Shown: positions 40,848-50,831 of the stretch, piece by piece
Layout of the letters: each line of letters starts with the position of its first letter
Position numbering within the stretch: the first letter of the stretch is position 1
Assembly (NCBI GenBank): GCA_029288835.1
Contig: JARIGN010000004.1
Span: forward strand, 22,313-86,312
DNA length: 64,000 nt
Direction of reading: 5' to 3'
DNA from: Candidatus Kaiserbacteria bacterium
Lineage (GTDB): Bacteria; Patescibacteriota; Minisyncoccia; Phycocordibacterales; Phycocordibacteraceae
The notes under the pieces: model-generated
What the model saw: only the letters and a program-made list of their open reading frames with translations
Databases searched by the model: none
Told to the model about the DNA's origin: nothing
Made by a program: the position numbers and the translations under genes

Positions 40848-41411
40848 ATGGACGATGAAATGCAAGACATGGATGTATCAATAGAAGCCGACGGTTCTGA
40901 AGAACTTGGCGGAAGCGAGGACGAGCTTGAAGCTGAAGAATCACGCGCGGAATCAAAGCTCGCGAAACTACGTAAAGAGCTTGAGCAAGCACGCAAAGAA
41001 AAGCAGGAAAACCTTGATGGATGGCAGCGCGCAAAGGCAGACTACGTAAACGCCCTCAAGCGCTTTGAGGAAGAAAAAAAAGCTGCGTTAGAAATGGGCG
41101 CACTTAAGGCGGCAAAAGCGTTTCTTCCGGCAATTGATTCATTTGAGCGAGCAAAACAAAGCAGCGAACTCCCTGAAGGTTTTGCAGGCATCGTGAAGCA
41201 GCTTGAGGATGCGGTGGGGAAGCTTGGACTTGAGCAGTTTGGTAAAGTAGGAGACCAGTTTGACCCAATGCTTCATGAGGCACTGGGGCAGGATCCTGTC
41301 ATTTCAGCAAAAGAGGACGATAAAGTCACTGCGGTTTTAGAGACTGGATGGAAGACAGGAGAGCAGGTTGTTCGGCCCGCGAAGGTGCGCGTCTCGCACT
41401 TTGAAGGATAG
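40848..41411 (+). CDS. grpE: Nucleotide exchange factor GrpE
   Basis: Coiled-coil N-terminus. Operon position upstream of dnaK. Confidence 0.8.
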   Translation: MDDEMQDMDVSIEADGSEELGGSEDELEAEESRAESKLAKLRKELEQARKEKQENLDGWQRAKADYVNALKRFEEEKKAALEMGALKAAKAFLPAIDSFERAKQSSELPEGFAGIVKQLEDAVGKLGLEQFGKVGDQFDPMLHEALGQDPVISAKEDDKVTAVLETGWKTGEQVVRPAKVRVSHFEG

Positions 41412-41533
41412 AGATCGCTGATTTGAACTTATAAATCAGCAGGTGTAAAATGGGAGTATGAGCGTGCAATAGCACGCAGGCATAGCAGCACGGCATATTG
41501 CTGCATTTATTAATTTCATAAGCATATTTCACT

Positions 41534-43492
41534 ATGGCAAAGATTCTTGGTATTGACCTGGGAACGACGAACTCCGCAATGGCCATAATGGAAGGCGGAG
41601 AGCCGCGCGTTCTTGAAAACTCTGAGGGTGCACGCACCACCCCGTCTATTGTCGCGATCGCAAAGAATGGCGAGCGGCTCGTAGGTACGCTTGCAAAGCG
41701 TCAGGCAGTGACAAATCCAAAAAATACTATTTACGGTATTAAGCGCTTTATGGGCCATCGTTTTGATGATGCGGCAATTCAAGCAGACCGTGGCGTTGTC
41801 CCCTATGAACTAAAAGCAGGCCCAGACGGTGGCGTACAGGTACACCTCGGCGAGAAGGACTATCGTCCTGAGGAAATCTCTGCAATGATCCTCAGCAAGC
41901 TTAAGGCAGATGCTGAAGCAAAGCTTGGCGAGAAGATCACTGAGGCGGTCATTACCGTGCCCGCATACTTTGACGACGCGCAGCGAAACGCCACAAAAGC
42001 AGCAGGGCAGGTAGCGGGGCTCGACGTGAAGCGCATCATTAACGAGCCAACTGCGGCAGCGCTTGCCTATGGCTTCAACAAAAAGAAAGACGAGAAGATC
42101 GCGGTCTATGACTTCGGCGGCGGTACGTTCGACGTGTCCATTCTCGAAGTCGGTGATGACGTGGTTGAAGTGAAGTCAACCGACGGTGACTCCCACATGG
42201 GTGGCCGCGACATTGACCAGAAGATCGTGCGCTATATTGCCGATGAATTTAAGAAGCAGAGCGGTCTCGATATCACCAAAGACCCGCTTGCGCTCCAGCG
42301 CCTCGATGAAGCTGCGGAAAAAGCAAAGCACGAGCTTTCAAACTCTGCCCAGACCGAGATCAATATTCCGTTTATCACGGTTGGCTCAGACGGCACCCCG
42401 CAGCACCTTCTCCTTAACCTCTCCCGCGCTACCCTTGAAAGCCTTGCTGATGAATACATCACCCGCTCTATAGATATCACCAAGCGAGCAATTGAGGCTG
42501 CTGGCCTTAAGCCTTCAGACATTAACGAAATCGTGATGGTAGGTGGCCAAACTCGCATGCCAAAGATCCAAGAGGAAGTGAAGAAGCTTTTCGGCAAGGA
42601 ACCAAACCTTTCCGTGAATCCTGACGAAGTGGTGGCTGTGGGTGCTGCTATCCAGGCAGGTATTCTGCAGGGTGACGTGAAGGACATTCTCCTTGTGGAC
42701 GTGATTCCGCTTTCTCTTTCAATCGAAACCGCAGGGGGCGTCGCAACCAAGCTCATCGAGCGAAACACCGCAATCCCGACCTCTCGCTCCCAAACCTTCT
42801 CTACGTATGCCGACAACCAGACCAGCGTTGAGATCCATGTGATCCAGGGAGAACGCGCCATGGCTTCTGACAACAAGAGCCTTGGAAAGTTCCAGCTCGA
42901 GGGCATTCCTCCGGCTCCACGCGGCATGCCACAGATCGAGGTGACTTTTGATCTCGACACGAACGGTATCCTCACGGTAAAGGCAAAAGAAAAGACTACC
43001 GGCAAGGAGCAGTCGATCCGCATCGAAGGCTCAACGGGTCTTTCAAGCGCCGATATCGAAAAAATGAAGCAGGATGCAGAAATGCACGCAGCAGAAGATG
43101 AGAAGCGCAAGGAGCTTGCCGAAGCAAAGAATCTTGCTGAGCAGATGGTATACACCGCAGAAAAGGCAGTAAAGGAAAATGGGGACAAGGTAGATGCAGC
43201 GGTTGTGACGGATGTAAATGAAAAGATTGCAGCACTTAAGACTGCACGAGAAGGCGAGAGCGTTGACGCCATTAAGAGCGCAAGCGAAGCACTTTCTTCA
43301 GCACTCTCAAAGATTGGAGAAGCAATGATGCAGCAGCAAAATACTGCAGGGGCAGAAGGTGCCACTGGGGCAACAGAGGGATCAGAAGCAGCAAATGACT
43401 CTGGAGCAGGAAGTGCTTCGAGCGGAGCAGAAGGGCAGGGCGATTCCTCAGCAGCCACCGACGCTGACTTCACGGAAAATCCAGGGAGCTAA
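41534..43492 (+). CDS. dnaK: Molecular chaperone DnaK (Hsp70)
   Basis: [17 protein letters not shown] and [11 protein letters not shown] motifs. Confidence 0.97.
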   Translation: MAKILGIDLGTTNSAMAIMEGGEPRVLENSEGARTTPSIVAIAKNGERLVGTLAKRQAVTNPKNTIYGIKRFMGHRFDDAAIQADRGVVPYELKAGPDGGVQVHLGEKDYRPEEISAMILSKLKADAEAKLGEKITEAVITVPAYFDDAQRNATKAAGQVAGLDVKRIINEPTAAALAYGFNKKKDEKIAVYDFGGGTFDVSILEVGDDVVEVKSTDGDSHMGGRDIDQKIVRYIADEFKKQSGLDITKDPLALQRLDEAAEKAKHELSNSAQTEINIPFITVGSDGTPQHLLLNLSRATLESLADEYITRSIDITKRAIEAAGLKPSDINEIVMVGGQTRMPKIQEEVKKLFGKEPNLSVNPDEVVAVGAAIQAGILQGDVKDILLVDVIPLSLSIETAGGVATKLIERNTAIPTSRSQTFSTYADNQTSVEIHVIQGERAMASDNKSLGKFQLEGIPPAPRGMPQIEVTFDLDTNGILTVKAKEKTTGKEQSIRIEGSTGLSSADIEKMKQDAEMHAAEDEKRKELAEAKNLAEQMVYTAEKAVKENGDKVDAAVVTDVNEKIAALKTAREGESVDAIKSASEALSSALSKIGEAMMQQQNTAGAEGATGATEGSEAANDSGAGSASSGAEGQGDSSAATDADFTENPGS

Positions 43493-43576
43493 GGGTAGTC
43501 TCTTCGCAACTTCAGGCATACAGCTCGCTACAACACGGGCTTGACATTACGTCCATGAAGGTGTAATACTAAACCT

Positions 43577-44077
43577 ATGACTATCAATACCGTATCCCGT
43601 CTCGGAAGCGTTCTCGCCGCATTGGTGCTTGTGTTTGCAGGGATTTCCCATGCAACGCCAGCCTTTGCGTACTATGGCGCTCTTGAGGGTACCCAGCCAC
43701 TCAGTGCCGTTTGTAACGGTCGCTATGACCCAACCTGCCTTATGAAGGAAACGGCATACGCTCAGCAGCTCAATGCTCCGTATACGAGTTGGCATAATTA
43801 CCAGTATCAAGCTCCAGCACTTCCTCATACCTACGGCGTGCCGTATGTGGCTCCTACCTACGTAGCTCCGACGTACTACAACTACACGAGCTACCCATAC
43901 AGCTATAGTTACAACTACCAGTATCAGTACGTAATGCCAGCAACTTCATACTATGCTGCACCCACCTACTACACGCCTACCGCATACAGCTATGACGACT
44001 ACAATAGCTACGACTCTTATGATAGCTATGACAATTACGAAAGCTGTGGTTCCTATTCCTACAATTGCGGCTACTAA
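43577..44077 (+). CDS. Secreted Tyr-rich low-complexity protein (166 aa, ~25% Tyr) inserted between dnaK and dnaJ
   Basis: Signal peptide (cleavage near AFA-YY). Repeats PTYVAPTYY, YSYSYNYQYQY and SYDSYDSYDNY. Confidence 0.55.
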   Translation: MTINTVSRLGSVLAALVLVFAGISHATPAFAYYGALEGTQPLSAVCNGRYDPTCLMKETAYAQQLNAPYTSWHNYQYQAPALPHTYGVPYVAPTYVAPTYYNYTSYPYSYSYNYQYQYVMPATSYYAAPTYYTPTAYSYDDYNSYDSYDSYDNYESCGSYSYNCGY

Positions 44078-44110
44078 TTCAGTAGTGCACTCGTAAAAGT
44101 GAACGAAAAG

Positions 44111-44140
44111 TCTCGGTTGCTACCGAGACTTTTTCGTTTT
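44111..44140 (+). terminator. Hairpin (tctcgg...ccgaga) + T-run between the Tyr-rich gene and dnaJ
   Basis: Seen directly in the sequence. Confidence 0.45.
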
Positions 44141-44155
44141 ATACTGGGTTTACGT

Positions 44156-45259
44156 ATGGCAAACTCCAAGAATTACTACGAAATACTCGGTATCGACAAG
44201 AAGGCAGACAAGGATGAGGTGAAGAAAGCATTCCGAAAACTCGCCCAGAAGTACCACCCTGACAAAGGCGGCAGCGAGGACAAATTTAAGGAAATAACTG
44301 AGGCATATAGCGTGCTTTCTGATGACAAGAAGCGCCGCGAATACGACTCGTACGGCCAGACCTTTCCGGGTGGCGCCGCACCAGGCGCCGGAGGATTTGG
44401 GGGGAATATGGGAGGATTTGATTTCTCGAATTTTCAAGGGTTTCAGCAAGGAATGGGTGGTATTGAGTTTGATATTTCTGACCTCTTTTCTGGGATGGCT
44501 GGTGACATATTTGGCGGGGGAGGAGGACGAGTAAAGCGTGGGCGCGATATTTCAATGGACGTTGAGATCTCCTTCAAGGAGTCTATTCTCGGGGTGCAGC
44601 GTTCTGTCCTTATAACCAAAGTGAGCCAATGTGAAGTTTGCGAGGGCAGCGGAGCAAAGCCAAAGACCGAAATGGAGACCTGCAAGACCTGTAACGGTGC
44701 GGGACGCATCCATGAGACACGCGACTCCATCCTTGGGGCGTTCACGAGCGTACGTACTTGCCCAAATTGTGAAGGCAGCGGCAAGGTACCAAAGGAGAAG
44801 TGTACAAACTGCGGCGGTCGCGGCGTAGTTCGCAAAGAAGAGGAGATTAAGCTCACTATTCCTGCAGGCATGGACAATGGCGAAATGATCCGCATGCCGG
44901 GGCATGGCGAAGCGGTTAAAGGTGGCCGGGCAGGAGACCTGTACATAAAAGTGCATGTAAAGCCACATGCCGTATTTCATAAAGAAGGGGCAAACCTCAT
45001 CATGAATCTGCCAATAAAGCTCACCGACGCACTGCTCGGCACCACCGTTTCTGTTACCACCATCGACGATAAAGTCCTCGACGTGAAAGTGCCTCCCATG
45101 CAGCAAACAGAAGAGACGCTCCGCGTTCGCGGAAAGGGAGTGAAGTTTTCAGAAGGTGGCTCCGGTGACCTGCTCATTCGCGTCACGGCAAGCCTTCCAC
45201 GAAAGCTTTCCAGCAAGGCTAAAAAGGCGATTGAAGACCTAAAGAGCGAGGGTCTTTAA
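44156..45259 (+). CDS. dnaJ: Molecular chaperone DnaJ
   Basis: J-domain YYEILGIDKKADKDEVKKAFRKLAQKYHPD. G/F region. Four CxxCxGxG zinc motifs. Confidence 0.95.
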   Translation: MANSKNYYEILGIDKKADKDEVKKAFRKLAQKYHPDKGGSEDKFKEITEAYSVLSDDKKRREYDSYGQTFPGGAAPGAGGFGGNMGGFDFSNFQGFQQGMGGIEFDISDLFSGMAGDIFGGGGGRVKRGRDISMDVEISFKESILGVQRSVLITKVSQCEVCEGSGAKPKTEMETCKTCNGAGRIHETRDSILGAFTSVRTCPNCEGSGKVPKEKCTNCGGRGVVRKEEEIKLTIPAGMDNGEMIRMPGHGEAVKGGRAGDLYIKVHVKPHAVFHKEGANLIMNLPIKLTDALLGTTVSVTTIDDKVLDVKVPPMQQTEETLRVRGKGVKFSEGGSGDLLIRVTASLPRKLSSKAKKAIEDLKSEGL

Positions 45260-45284
45260 TTCCTTCGCCATTTCGCCTATATAG

Positions 45285-45824
45285 GTGCGCTATACTGTAT
45301 CCATGGATCAGCTAGCGCTGCAGGTATCAAACATCGCCACTAATAGCGCGCTCCACGCCTGGGCACTTCTCGATAATTTCCTCATACTCGTCCTGCTGAC
45401 GGTCATTATGATCGGCTTTTCTTATTATGGAGGCCGTGGGGGCATCATTTCCGTGCAGCTCGCGTTCTATGTCGGGTATGGGATTTACATGATTTTCCCC
45501 TTTACGAATTACTTCATCGGCTTCGGGGGAGCACCGCTTGAAAAGGCAGTCATCAGCTCAATCCTCTTTATTATTGCTTCCTTTGTGCCGTTTCTTTTTA
45601 TAAACAAAATGCTCAGCGGGGGATTTGGCATTTTAAGCTTTGTGCCGCGCTTTGTGCTTTCGCTTGCCACCGCCTGCTTCTTGATAGCACTCGCGTACCA
45701 CGTCTTTTACGTGACCCATATCTACACCTTCCCAGAACCAATGAATTCTCTCTTCTCGCCTGACCAGTACTTCTTCTGGTGGTTTATCGCACCGCTCGCT
45801 GCACTTTTCTTCCTTGTGCACTAA
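45285..45824 (+). CDS. Hypothetical polytopic membrane protein (179 aa)
   Basis: Five or six hydrophobic helices. No motif recognised. Confidence 0.5.
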   Translation: MRYTVSMDQLALQVSNIATNSALHAWALLDNFLILVLLTVIMIGFSYYGGRGGIISVQLAFYVGYGIYMIFPFTNYFIGFGGAPLEKAVISSILFIIASFVPFLFINKMLSGGFGILSFVPRFVLSLATACFLIALAYHVFYVTHIYTFPEPMNSLFSPDQYFFWWFIAPLAALFFLVH

Positions 45825-45889
45825 TAGTTTCAAGATACCACCTAACGACCTAGGGTAATAGAACACAACATTTGTGCTATACTAGCAAT

Positions 45890-47785
45890 ATGCGTTCGAT
45901 AGCGGCTACAAAAACCGCGCGCCAGAAAAAAGAAAGGCGTGCGGGTTCCCATACTATTTTTACGGTCTACAGCAAGGAGCTGGGGAAGTTTCCGCTACTT
46001 TTTCTGGGCACCCTCTGTGGCACCATTTTTATTCAGACTGCTGACCTCATTTCGCCGCTTTACCTAAAGCGCTTTTTTAACACGCTCATTCTTTCGCACA
46101 CAAGCCCCACCGTCGTGCACGGACTTTTTATAACGCTCGCCATCATCGCATTTTTTGAAGTAGTGAATTGGGTTGGCTTCCGCGTGCAGGCATTTAGCAT
46201 AATGTACCTCGAGTCGAAAGCCATGAGCGACCTGTACGCAAATTCCTTTGAGTACCTCATGCAGCATTCCTACAACTTCTTCAGCTCGCAGTTTTCAGGA
46301 ACGCTCACGCGCCGCATCAGCAAATTTGCAAACGCATTTGAAACACTTCTCGACAGCATCATGCTGCAGTTCCTTCCGACGACTATTTTTGTGGCTGGAG
46401 CAATAATAATTTTGTTTATTAATAACCATACGCTTGGGTTGCTTCTTGGAGGATGGGCAATACTTTTCGTTGCGTTCCAAGTATATGTGGGAAAGCTACG
46501 CCAACCGCTCCGCGTTGAGCGTGCGGAAGAAGATAGCCGCATGACCGGAAACTTGGCGGATGCTATTTCCAACCAAAGCACTATCTGGCTTTTTTCTGCT
46601 AACGCCTTTGAATTTGCGCGCTTCCGAGAAGCAATCCGCAAGTGGAAAAAGGCCACCATGCGCGCATGGAACGCTGACGAATGGATTTGGGCATCTTTGG
46701 GACTTCTCATGGGCGGCATTTACGTGGGCATGCTCTATGCCGCAGTCTACTACTGGCAGCGCGGCCAGCTCACCATAGGAGATTTCGTGCTTATCCAAGC
46801 CTATCTTCTCACCACTTTCCAGCAGCTCGTGGGCATTAACCGAAACCTGCGTCGCTTCTATGACGGTCTCGCTGACGCAGCAGAAATGGTTCAGATATTT
46901 AATTTGCCGCATGAGATTCAGGATGATGCTGACGCAAAAGCGCTTGAAGTGACGAAAGCAGAGATTGAATTCAAGAATGTGGGATTTTATTTCAACCCGG
47001 AGCACACCATTTTCGAGCACTTTAATCTACACATCTCGGGTACTGAAAAAGTCGCGCTTGTCGGCCCTTCCGGAGCAGGAAAGTCTACCATTACCCGCCT
47101 TATCCTTCGCTTCTATGACGCGAAAAGTGGCGAGATTCTTATAGACAACCAAAATATTACGCAGGTAACCCAAGAAAGCCTTCGCGGTGCTATTTCGTTT
47201 GTGCCGCAGGAGCCAATCCTTTTCCATCGCTCGCTTATGGAAAATATTCGCTATGGTCGCCGTGACGCCACCGATGAGGAAGTTATTGAAGCTGCCAAAA
47301 AAGCGCATGCACACGAATTCATTAGTCATTTTCCTGATGGATACGAGACATTTGTGGGGGAGCGTGGCGTAAAGCTTTCTGGGGGTGAGCGCCAGCGCGT
47401 GGCTATTGCACGTGCCATCCTTAAGAATTCTCCTATTCTCGTACTAGACGAAGCCACCTCAAGCCTTGACTCTGAGTCGGAAGCACTCATCCAGGAAGCG
47501 CTCGATGTGCTTATGGAAGGGAAGACGGTCATCACCATTGCACACCGCCTTTCAACCATTATGAAAATGGACAGGATTGTGGTGGTAGACGGCGGAAAAA
47601 TTGTTGCAGAGGGAACCCACGATAAGCTTTTGGAAGATGAACAGGGCCTCTACCACAAGCTATGGAGCATCCAGGCAGGCGGCTTTTTACAAGATGAAAT
47701 AGAAGAGGGCGAAGAGATCCTTACGGAAGCTGGAACTTCAAAAACTGTGGATGAGGACCTTGAAACTCAGCTATATATCGTATAA
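45890..47785 (+). CDS. ABC transporter, fused permease/ATPase (MsbA/type-I exporter-like)
   Basis: Six-TM domain. GPSGAGKST Walker A, LSGGERQRVAIARA signature, ILVLDEATS Walker B. Confidence 0.9.
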   Translation: MRSIAATKTARQKKERRAGSHTIFTVYSKELGKFPLLFLGTLCGTIFIQTADLISPLYLKRFFNTLILSHTSPTVVHGLFITLAIIAFFEVVNWVGFRVQAFSIMYLESKAMSDLYANSFEYLMQHSYNFFSSQFSGTLTRRISKFANAFETLLDSIMLQFLPTTIFVAGAIIILFINNHTLGLLLGGWAILFVAFQVYVGKLRQPLRVERAEEDSRMTGNLADAISNQSTIWLFSANAFEFARFREAIRKWKKATMRAWNADEWIWASLGLLMGGIYVGMLYAAVYYWQRGQLTIGDFVLIQAYLLTTFQQLVGINRNLRRFYDGLADAAEMVQIFNLPHEIQDDADAKALEVTKAEIEFKNVGFYFNPEHTIFEHFNLHISGTEKVALVGPSGAGKSTITRLILRFYDAKSGEILIDNQNITQVTQESLRGAISFVPQEPILFHRSLMENIRYGRRDATDEEVIEAAKKAHAHEFISHFPDGYETFVGERGVKLSGGERQRVAIARAILKNSPILVLDEATSSLDSESEALIQEALDVLMEGKTVITIAHRLSTIMKMDRIVVVDGGKIVAEGTHDKLLEDEQGLYHKLWSIQAGGFLQDEIEEGEEILTEAGTSKTVDEDLETQLYIV

Positions 47786-47792
47786 TCAAAAA

Positions 47793-48179
47793 ATGCATTT
47801 TGGTGAACACATAACAATTGATGGATACGGAGGCGACCCTGAGCTGCTCGATAACGGCGAGTTGGTGAAAAGTTGTTTTCCAGAGCTTTGCACGCTGCTC
47901 GGCATGCATCCTCTTATTGAACCCCAGGTTATTTCCGCACCCGACAACCAGATAAAAGACCCAGGTGGCTGGAGCTGCTTTGTGATCATTGCGGAAAGCC
48001 ACATTGCAATGCACACCTTCCCAAAGCGTGGTTTTATCAGTGCCGATGTTTACACGTGCCAGAATGGCCTCGAGACGGAAAAAATAAAGCAGTACTTCAT
48101 CGAAAAGTTTAAACTCCAGGAAATTGAAACAAACCTGGTGATGCGGGGCACAAAGTATCCAGAGCATAATATAATTTAG
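47793..48179 (+). CDS. speH: S-adenosylmethionine decarboxylase proenzyme, small (SpeH-type, pyruvoyl)
   Basis: IIAESHIAMHTFPKRGF with ES-H self-cleavage motif. ~128 aa. Confidence 0.75.
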   Translation: MHFGEHITIDGYGGDPELLDNGELVKSCFPELCTLLGMHPLIEPQVISAPDNQIKDPGGWSCFVIIAESHIAMHTFPKRGFISADVYTCQNGLETEKIKQYFIEKFKLQEIETNLVMRGTKYPEHNII

Positions 48180-48198
48180 TGACAAAGTATATTTATTA

Positions 48199-49278
48199 TT
48201 GTATACTAATATTGTGATTAAAATTACTGACTTACCTGAATACGCCGCGCACGAGGCTGTGCTCCGCATTGAAGATAAAGAAACGGGATTACGGGGATTT
48301 ATCGCGATACACAATACCAATCGTGGACCGGCGGTAGGGGGAACGCGCTTTTGGTACTACAAGAATGAAGAAGAAGCACTGAAGGATGCGCTCCGTCTTT
48401 CGCGGGCGATGACCTATAAATGCGCTGCAACGGATCTTCCTTACGGAGGAGGCAAGGCAGTACTCATGGCACCCAAAGACCAAGCAGCGAGCCATACATT
48501 TAAAAATGAAAAATACCTACAGTCCTATGCACGGAGGTTGGAACTTCTTGATGGGCATTTTTTTACTGGTGAGGATGTTGGCATGGATGAAAAAGATATC
48601 GGGGTTTTAGCCCGCAACTCCAGCAGCATTATAGGCAGACCTACCATTGGTGGCCTGCCTTCTCCCTATGCGGCAAGTAGCGTGTTTGAGTCTATGCGTG
48701 CAGCGCTAACGCATGCTTATGGCTCAGATTCTTTTGTAGGGCGCACCGTAGCTATAAAAGGGCTAGGAAATGTGGGTCTTGAACTGGCTCAGATGCTTAC
48801 CAAAGAGGGAGCAGAGATTATTGGCGCTGACGTGAACCCAGAAAAGGTTGCTGCGGCCCAGCGTTTACTTCTAAACTGCAAAATAGTACCCTCACACCTT
48901 ATCCATAAGCAAAAAGTAGATATTTATTCTCCTTGTGCATTAGGAGGGGACCTTACTGCTACCGTTATTGCTAGCCTGCAGTGTAGTATTGTGTGCGGTT
49001 CTGCAAATAACCAGCTTGCTACTCCAAAGGACGCCTCCCGTCTTTTTGCGCGCGGTATACTGTATGTACCCGACTATGTCGCGAACGCCGGTGGGCTCAT
49101 TACGGTAGTAGACGAGCTGCAATCAGGCGGATATGACAAAAAGCGGGTTGAGCGAAACATTATGCAAATCAGGGAAACCGTTCTCCACATCCTTTCTGAA
49201 TCAAAAAAGAAAAAAGTATCCGAAAGTATCATTGCTGATGCACTTGCGGAAAGACGCTTTCTTACGACTCACCAATAA
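48199..49278 (+). CDS. Glu/Leu/Phe/Val dehydrogenase family (leucine/phenylalanine dehydrogenase-like); TTG start, alternative GTG 48214
   Basis: GGTRFWYY...LSRAMTYKCAATDLPYGGGKAV catalytic Lys region. GLGNVG Rossmann. Confidence 0.8.
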   Translation: MYTNIVIKITDLPEYAAHEAVLRIEDKETGLRGFIAIHNTNRGPAVGGTRFWYYKNEEEALKDALRLSRAMTYKCAATDLPYGGGKAVLMAPKDQAASHTFKNEKYLQSYARRLELLDGHFFTGEDVGMDEKDIGVLARNSSSIIGRPTIGGLPSPYAASSVFESMRAALTHAYGSDSFVGRTVAIKGLGNVGLELAQMLTKEGAEIIGADVNPEKVAAAQRLLLNCKIVPSHLIHKQKVDIYSPCALGGDLTATVIASLQCSIVCGSANNQLATPKDASRLFARGILYVPDYVANAGGLITVVDELQSGGYDKKRVERNIMQIRETVLHILSESKKKKVSESIIADALAERRFLTTHQ

Positions 49279-49280
49279 CT

Positions 49281-50819
49281 ATGCCGAAGGCGAAGCATCC
49301 AGGAATACGGGCTCGAATTCCCGCGAACAAGGCGGTTGTACTCGCACGTTCTGCTTCAGCTAGTTATTGGGAACATGTACGCAAGAAAAATGCACTCGAC
49401 CTTTTTAAGAAAGCTGCCAAAGAAGTACCAGCCTATAAGAAATTTCTTGAAGAGCACGGCATACAAGCTTCAACCGTTAAGACGTGGGAGGATTTTACGA
49501 AGATACCCGCTACCAGCAAGGCGAACTATTTGCGCGTAAACCCACCCGAGTCAATTGTATGGAAGGGAAATCTTGCTCGGCCCTCTGTCTATTCGGCAAC
49601 TTCGGGATCTACTGGTACGCCTTTTTACTTTCAACGCTCTCAAAATTTAGAAGAGGAATATTCTGCACTCATTGAGCTTTTTTTCCTTTCGAACGGAACC
49701 GTGCCAAGTCCTGAATGCCCGACCCTCGTCATTATTGGCTTCGGGATGGGAGTGTGGATCGGCGGTATGTTAACATTCCGTGCCTATGAGATAGCCAGTC
49801 ACCGAGGCTATCCTGTTTCCATTCTTCCTGCGGGAGTAAATAAGAATGAAATATTGCACGCATTCAGAAACCTCGCGCCACACTATAAACAGACCATTCT
49901 TATCGGCTATCCTCCTTTTATTAAAGACATTTTGGACGAAGCTGCCCTGGAAGGCATTGATCTCAAGTCTTTACACTTGCGTCTCCAGTTTGCTGCCGAA
50001 TCATTTACGGAACAGTTTAGGGAATATGTGGGTACGAAAGCTGGAATACAGAATATCGTTCGTGACACGTTCAATGTGTATGGCACCTCCGATATTGGAG
50101 CCATGGCCTTTGAGACCCCGGTCTCCATCCTTGTGCGACGGCTTGCCTTGCAGAACCCCGAGCTCTATACCGCACTCTTTGGTTCATTACACAAGATGCC
50201 TACGGTGGCGCAATACAATCCTGCATACATGACCTTTGAGCAGTCAGAAGAAGGAGAAGTGCTTTTAACGGGGAACAGTGCCGTGCCGCTCATTCGGTAT
50301 GCGGTAGGGGACCATGGAGGAGTTCGTTCTTATGAAGAGGTTAACAGTCTCTGCAATTCCTTTGGCATTGACCTTGAGGAAGAATGCAAAAAGCACGAGG
50401 TTCCACTTTATAAGTTTCCTTTTGTCTATGTGTATGAGCGAGCAGACCTGGCCACCACCCTCTATGGCTTACAGATATTTCCACAGTACATAAAGGATGT
50501 GCTCCTCAGCGACTTTGCCCAGGAGAAACTCACGGGTAAATTCCAGCTTGCCACAAAATATGACGCAGAACAAAACCAGTTTTTAGAAATTAATGTTGAA
50601 TTGAAGAAAGGAGTTGACGCCGCTGATGCCGAATTCATTCAAGAGATTGAACACCATATTTACACAGCACTTTTGGAGAAAAGTTCGGAATTTCGAGAAC
50701 TCTCGACGTTTGTACACAATCGTAAACTTTTTGTCCTCGTATTTCACGAGGCAGGAAACGCAGAATTCTTTCCTCAAGGAATCAAGCAAAAATGGGTGCA
50801 GAAGACAGCCGTTAAATGA
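49281..50819 (+). CDS. Adenylate-forming enzyme, PaaK/coenzyme-F390-synthetase-like
   Basis: YSATSGSTGTPFYF matches the PaaK P-loop-like motif. NVYGTSDIG matches the YGxTE-like A5 motif. C-terminal GDHGG. Confidence 0.7.
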   Translation: MPKAKHPGIRARIPANKAVVLARSASASYWEHVRKKNALDLFKKAAKEVPAYKKFLEEHGIQASTVKTWEDFTKIPATSKANYLRVNPPESIVWKGNLARPSVYSATSGSTGTPFYFQRSQNLEEEYSALIELFFLSNGTVPSPECPTLVIIGFGMGVWIGGMLTFRAYEIASHRGYPVSILPAGVNKNEILHAFRNLAPHYKQTILIGYPPFIKDILDEAALEGIDLKSLHLRLQFAAESFTEQFREYVGTKAGIQNIVRDTFNVYGTSDIGAMAFETPVSILVRRLALQNPELYTALFGSLHKMPTVAQYNPAYMTFEQSEEGEVLLTGNSAVPLIRYAVGDHGGVRSYEEVNSLCNSFGIDLEEECKKHEVPLYKFPFVYVYERADLATTLYGLQIFPQYIKDVLLSDFAQEKLTGKFQLATKYDAEQNQFLEINVELKKGVDAADAEFIQEIEHHIYTALLEKSSEFRELSTFVHNRKLFVLVFHEAGNAEFFPQGIKQKWVQKTAVK

Positions 50820-50831
50820 TAGAATAGGGCT

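Noticed and set aside
42232-43473. 413-aa ORF on the minus strand, antisense to dnaK
   Set aside because: It lies entirely inside the strongly supported dnaK gene. Its composition is low-complexity and Ala/Ser-rich, typical of antisense frames of GC-rich genes. Spurious. The same applies to 10735..11253 (in uvrB), 14866..15408 (in uvrA), 17068..17754 (in uvrC), 18694..19182 (in the pterin dehydratase gene) and 60369..60941 (in pepA).
49133-49363. 76-aa ORF proposed as a precursor peptide for the downstream E1/nitroreductase pair
   Set aside because: It overlaps the end of the dehydrogenase gene in another frame and reads into the paaK-like gene. It has no RBS. It is most likely a frame artefact.
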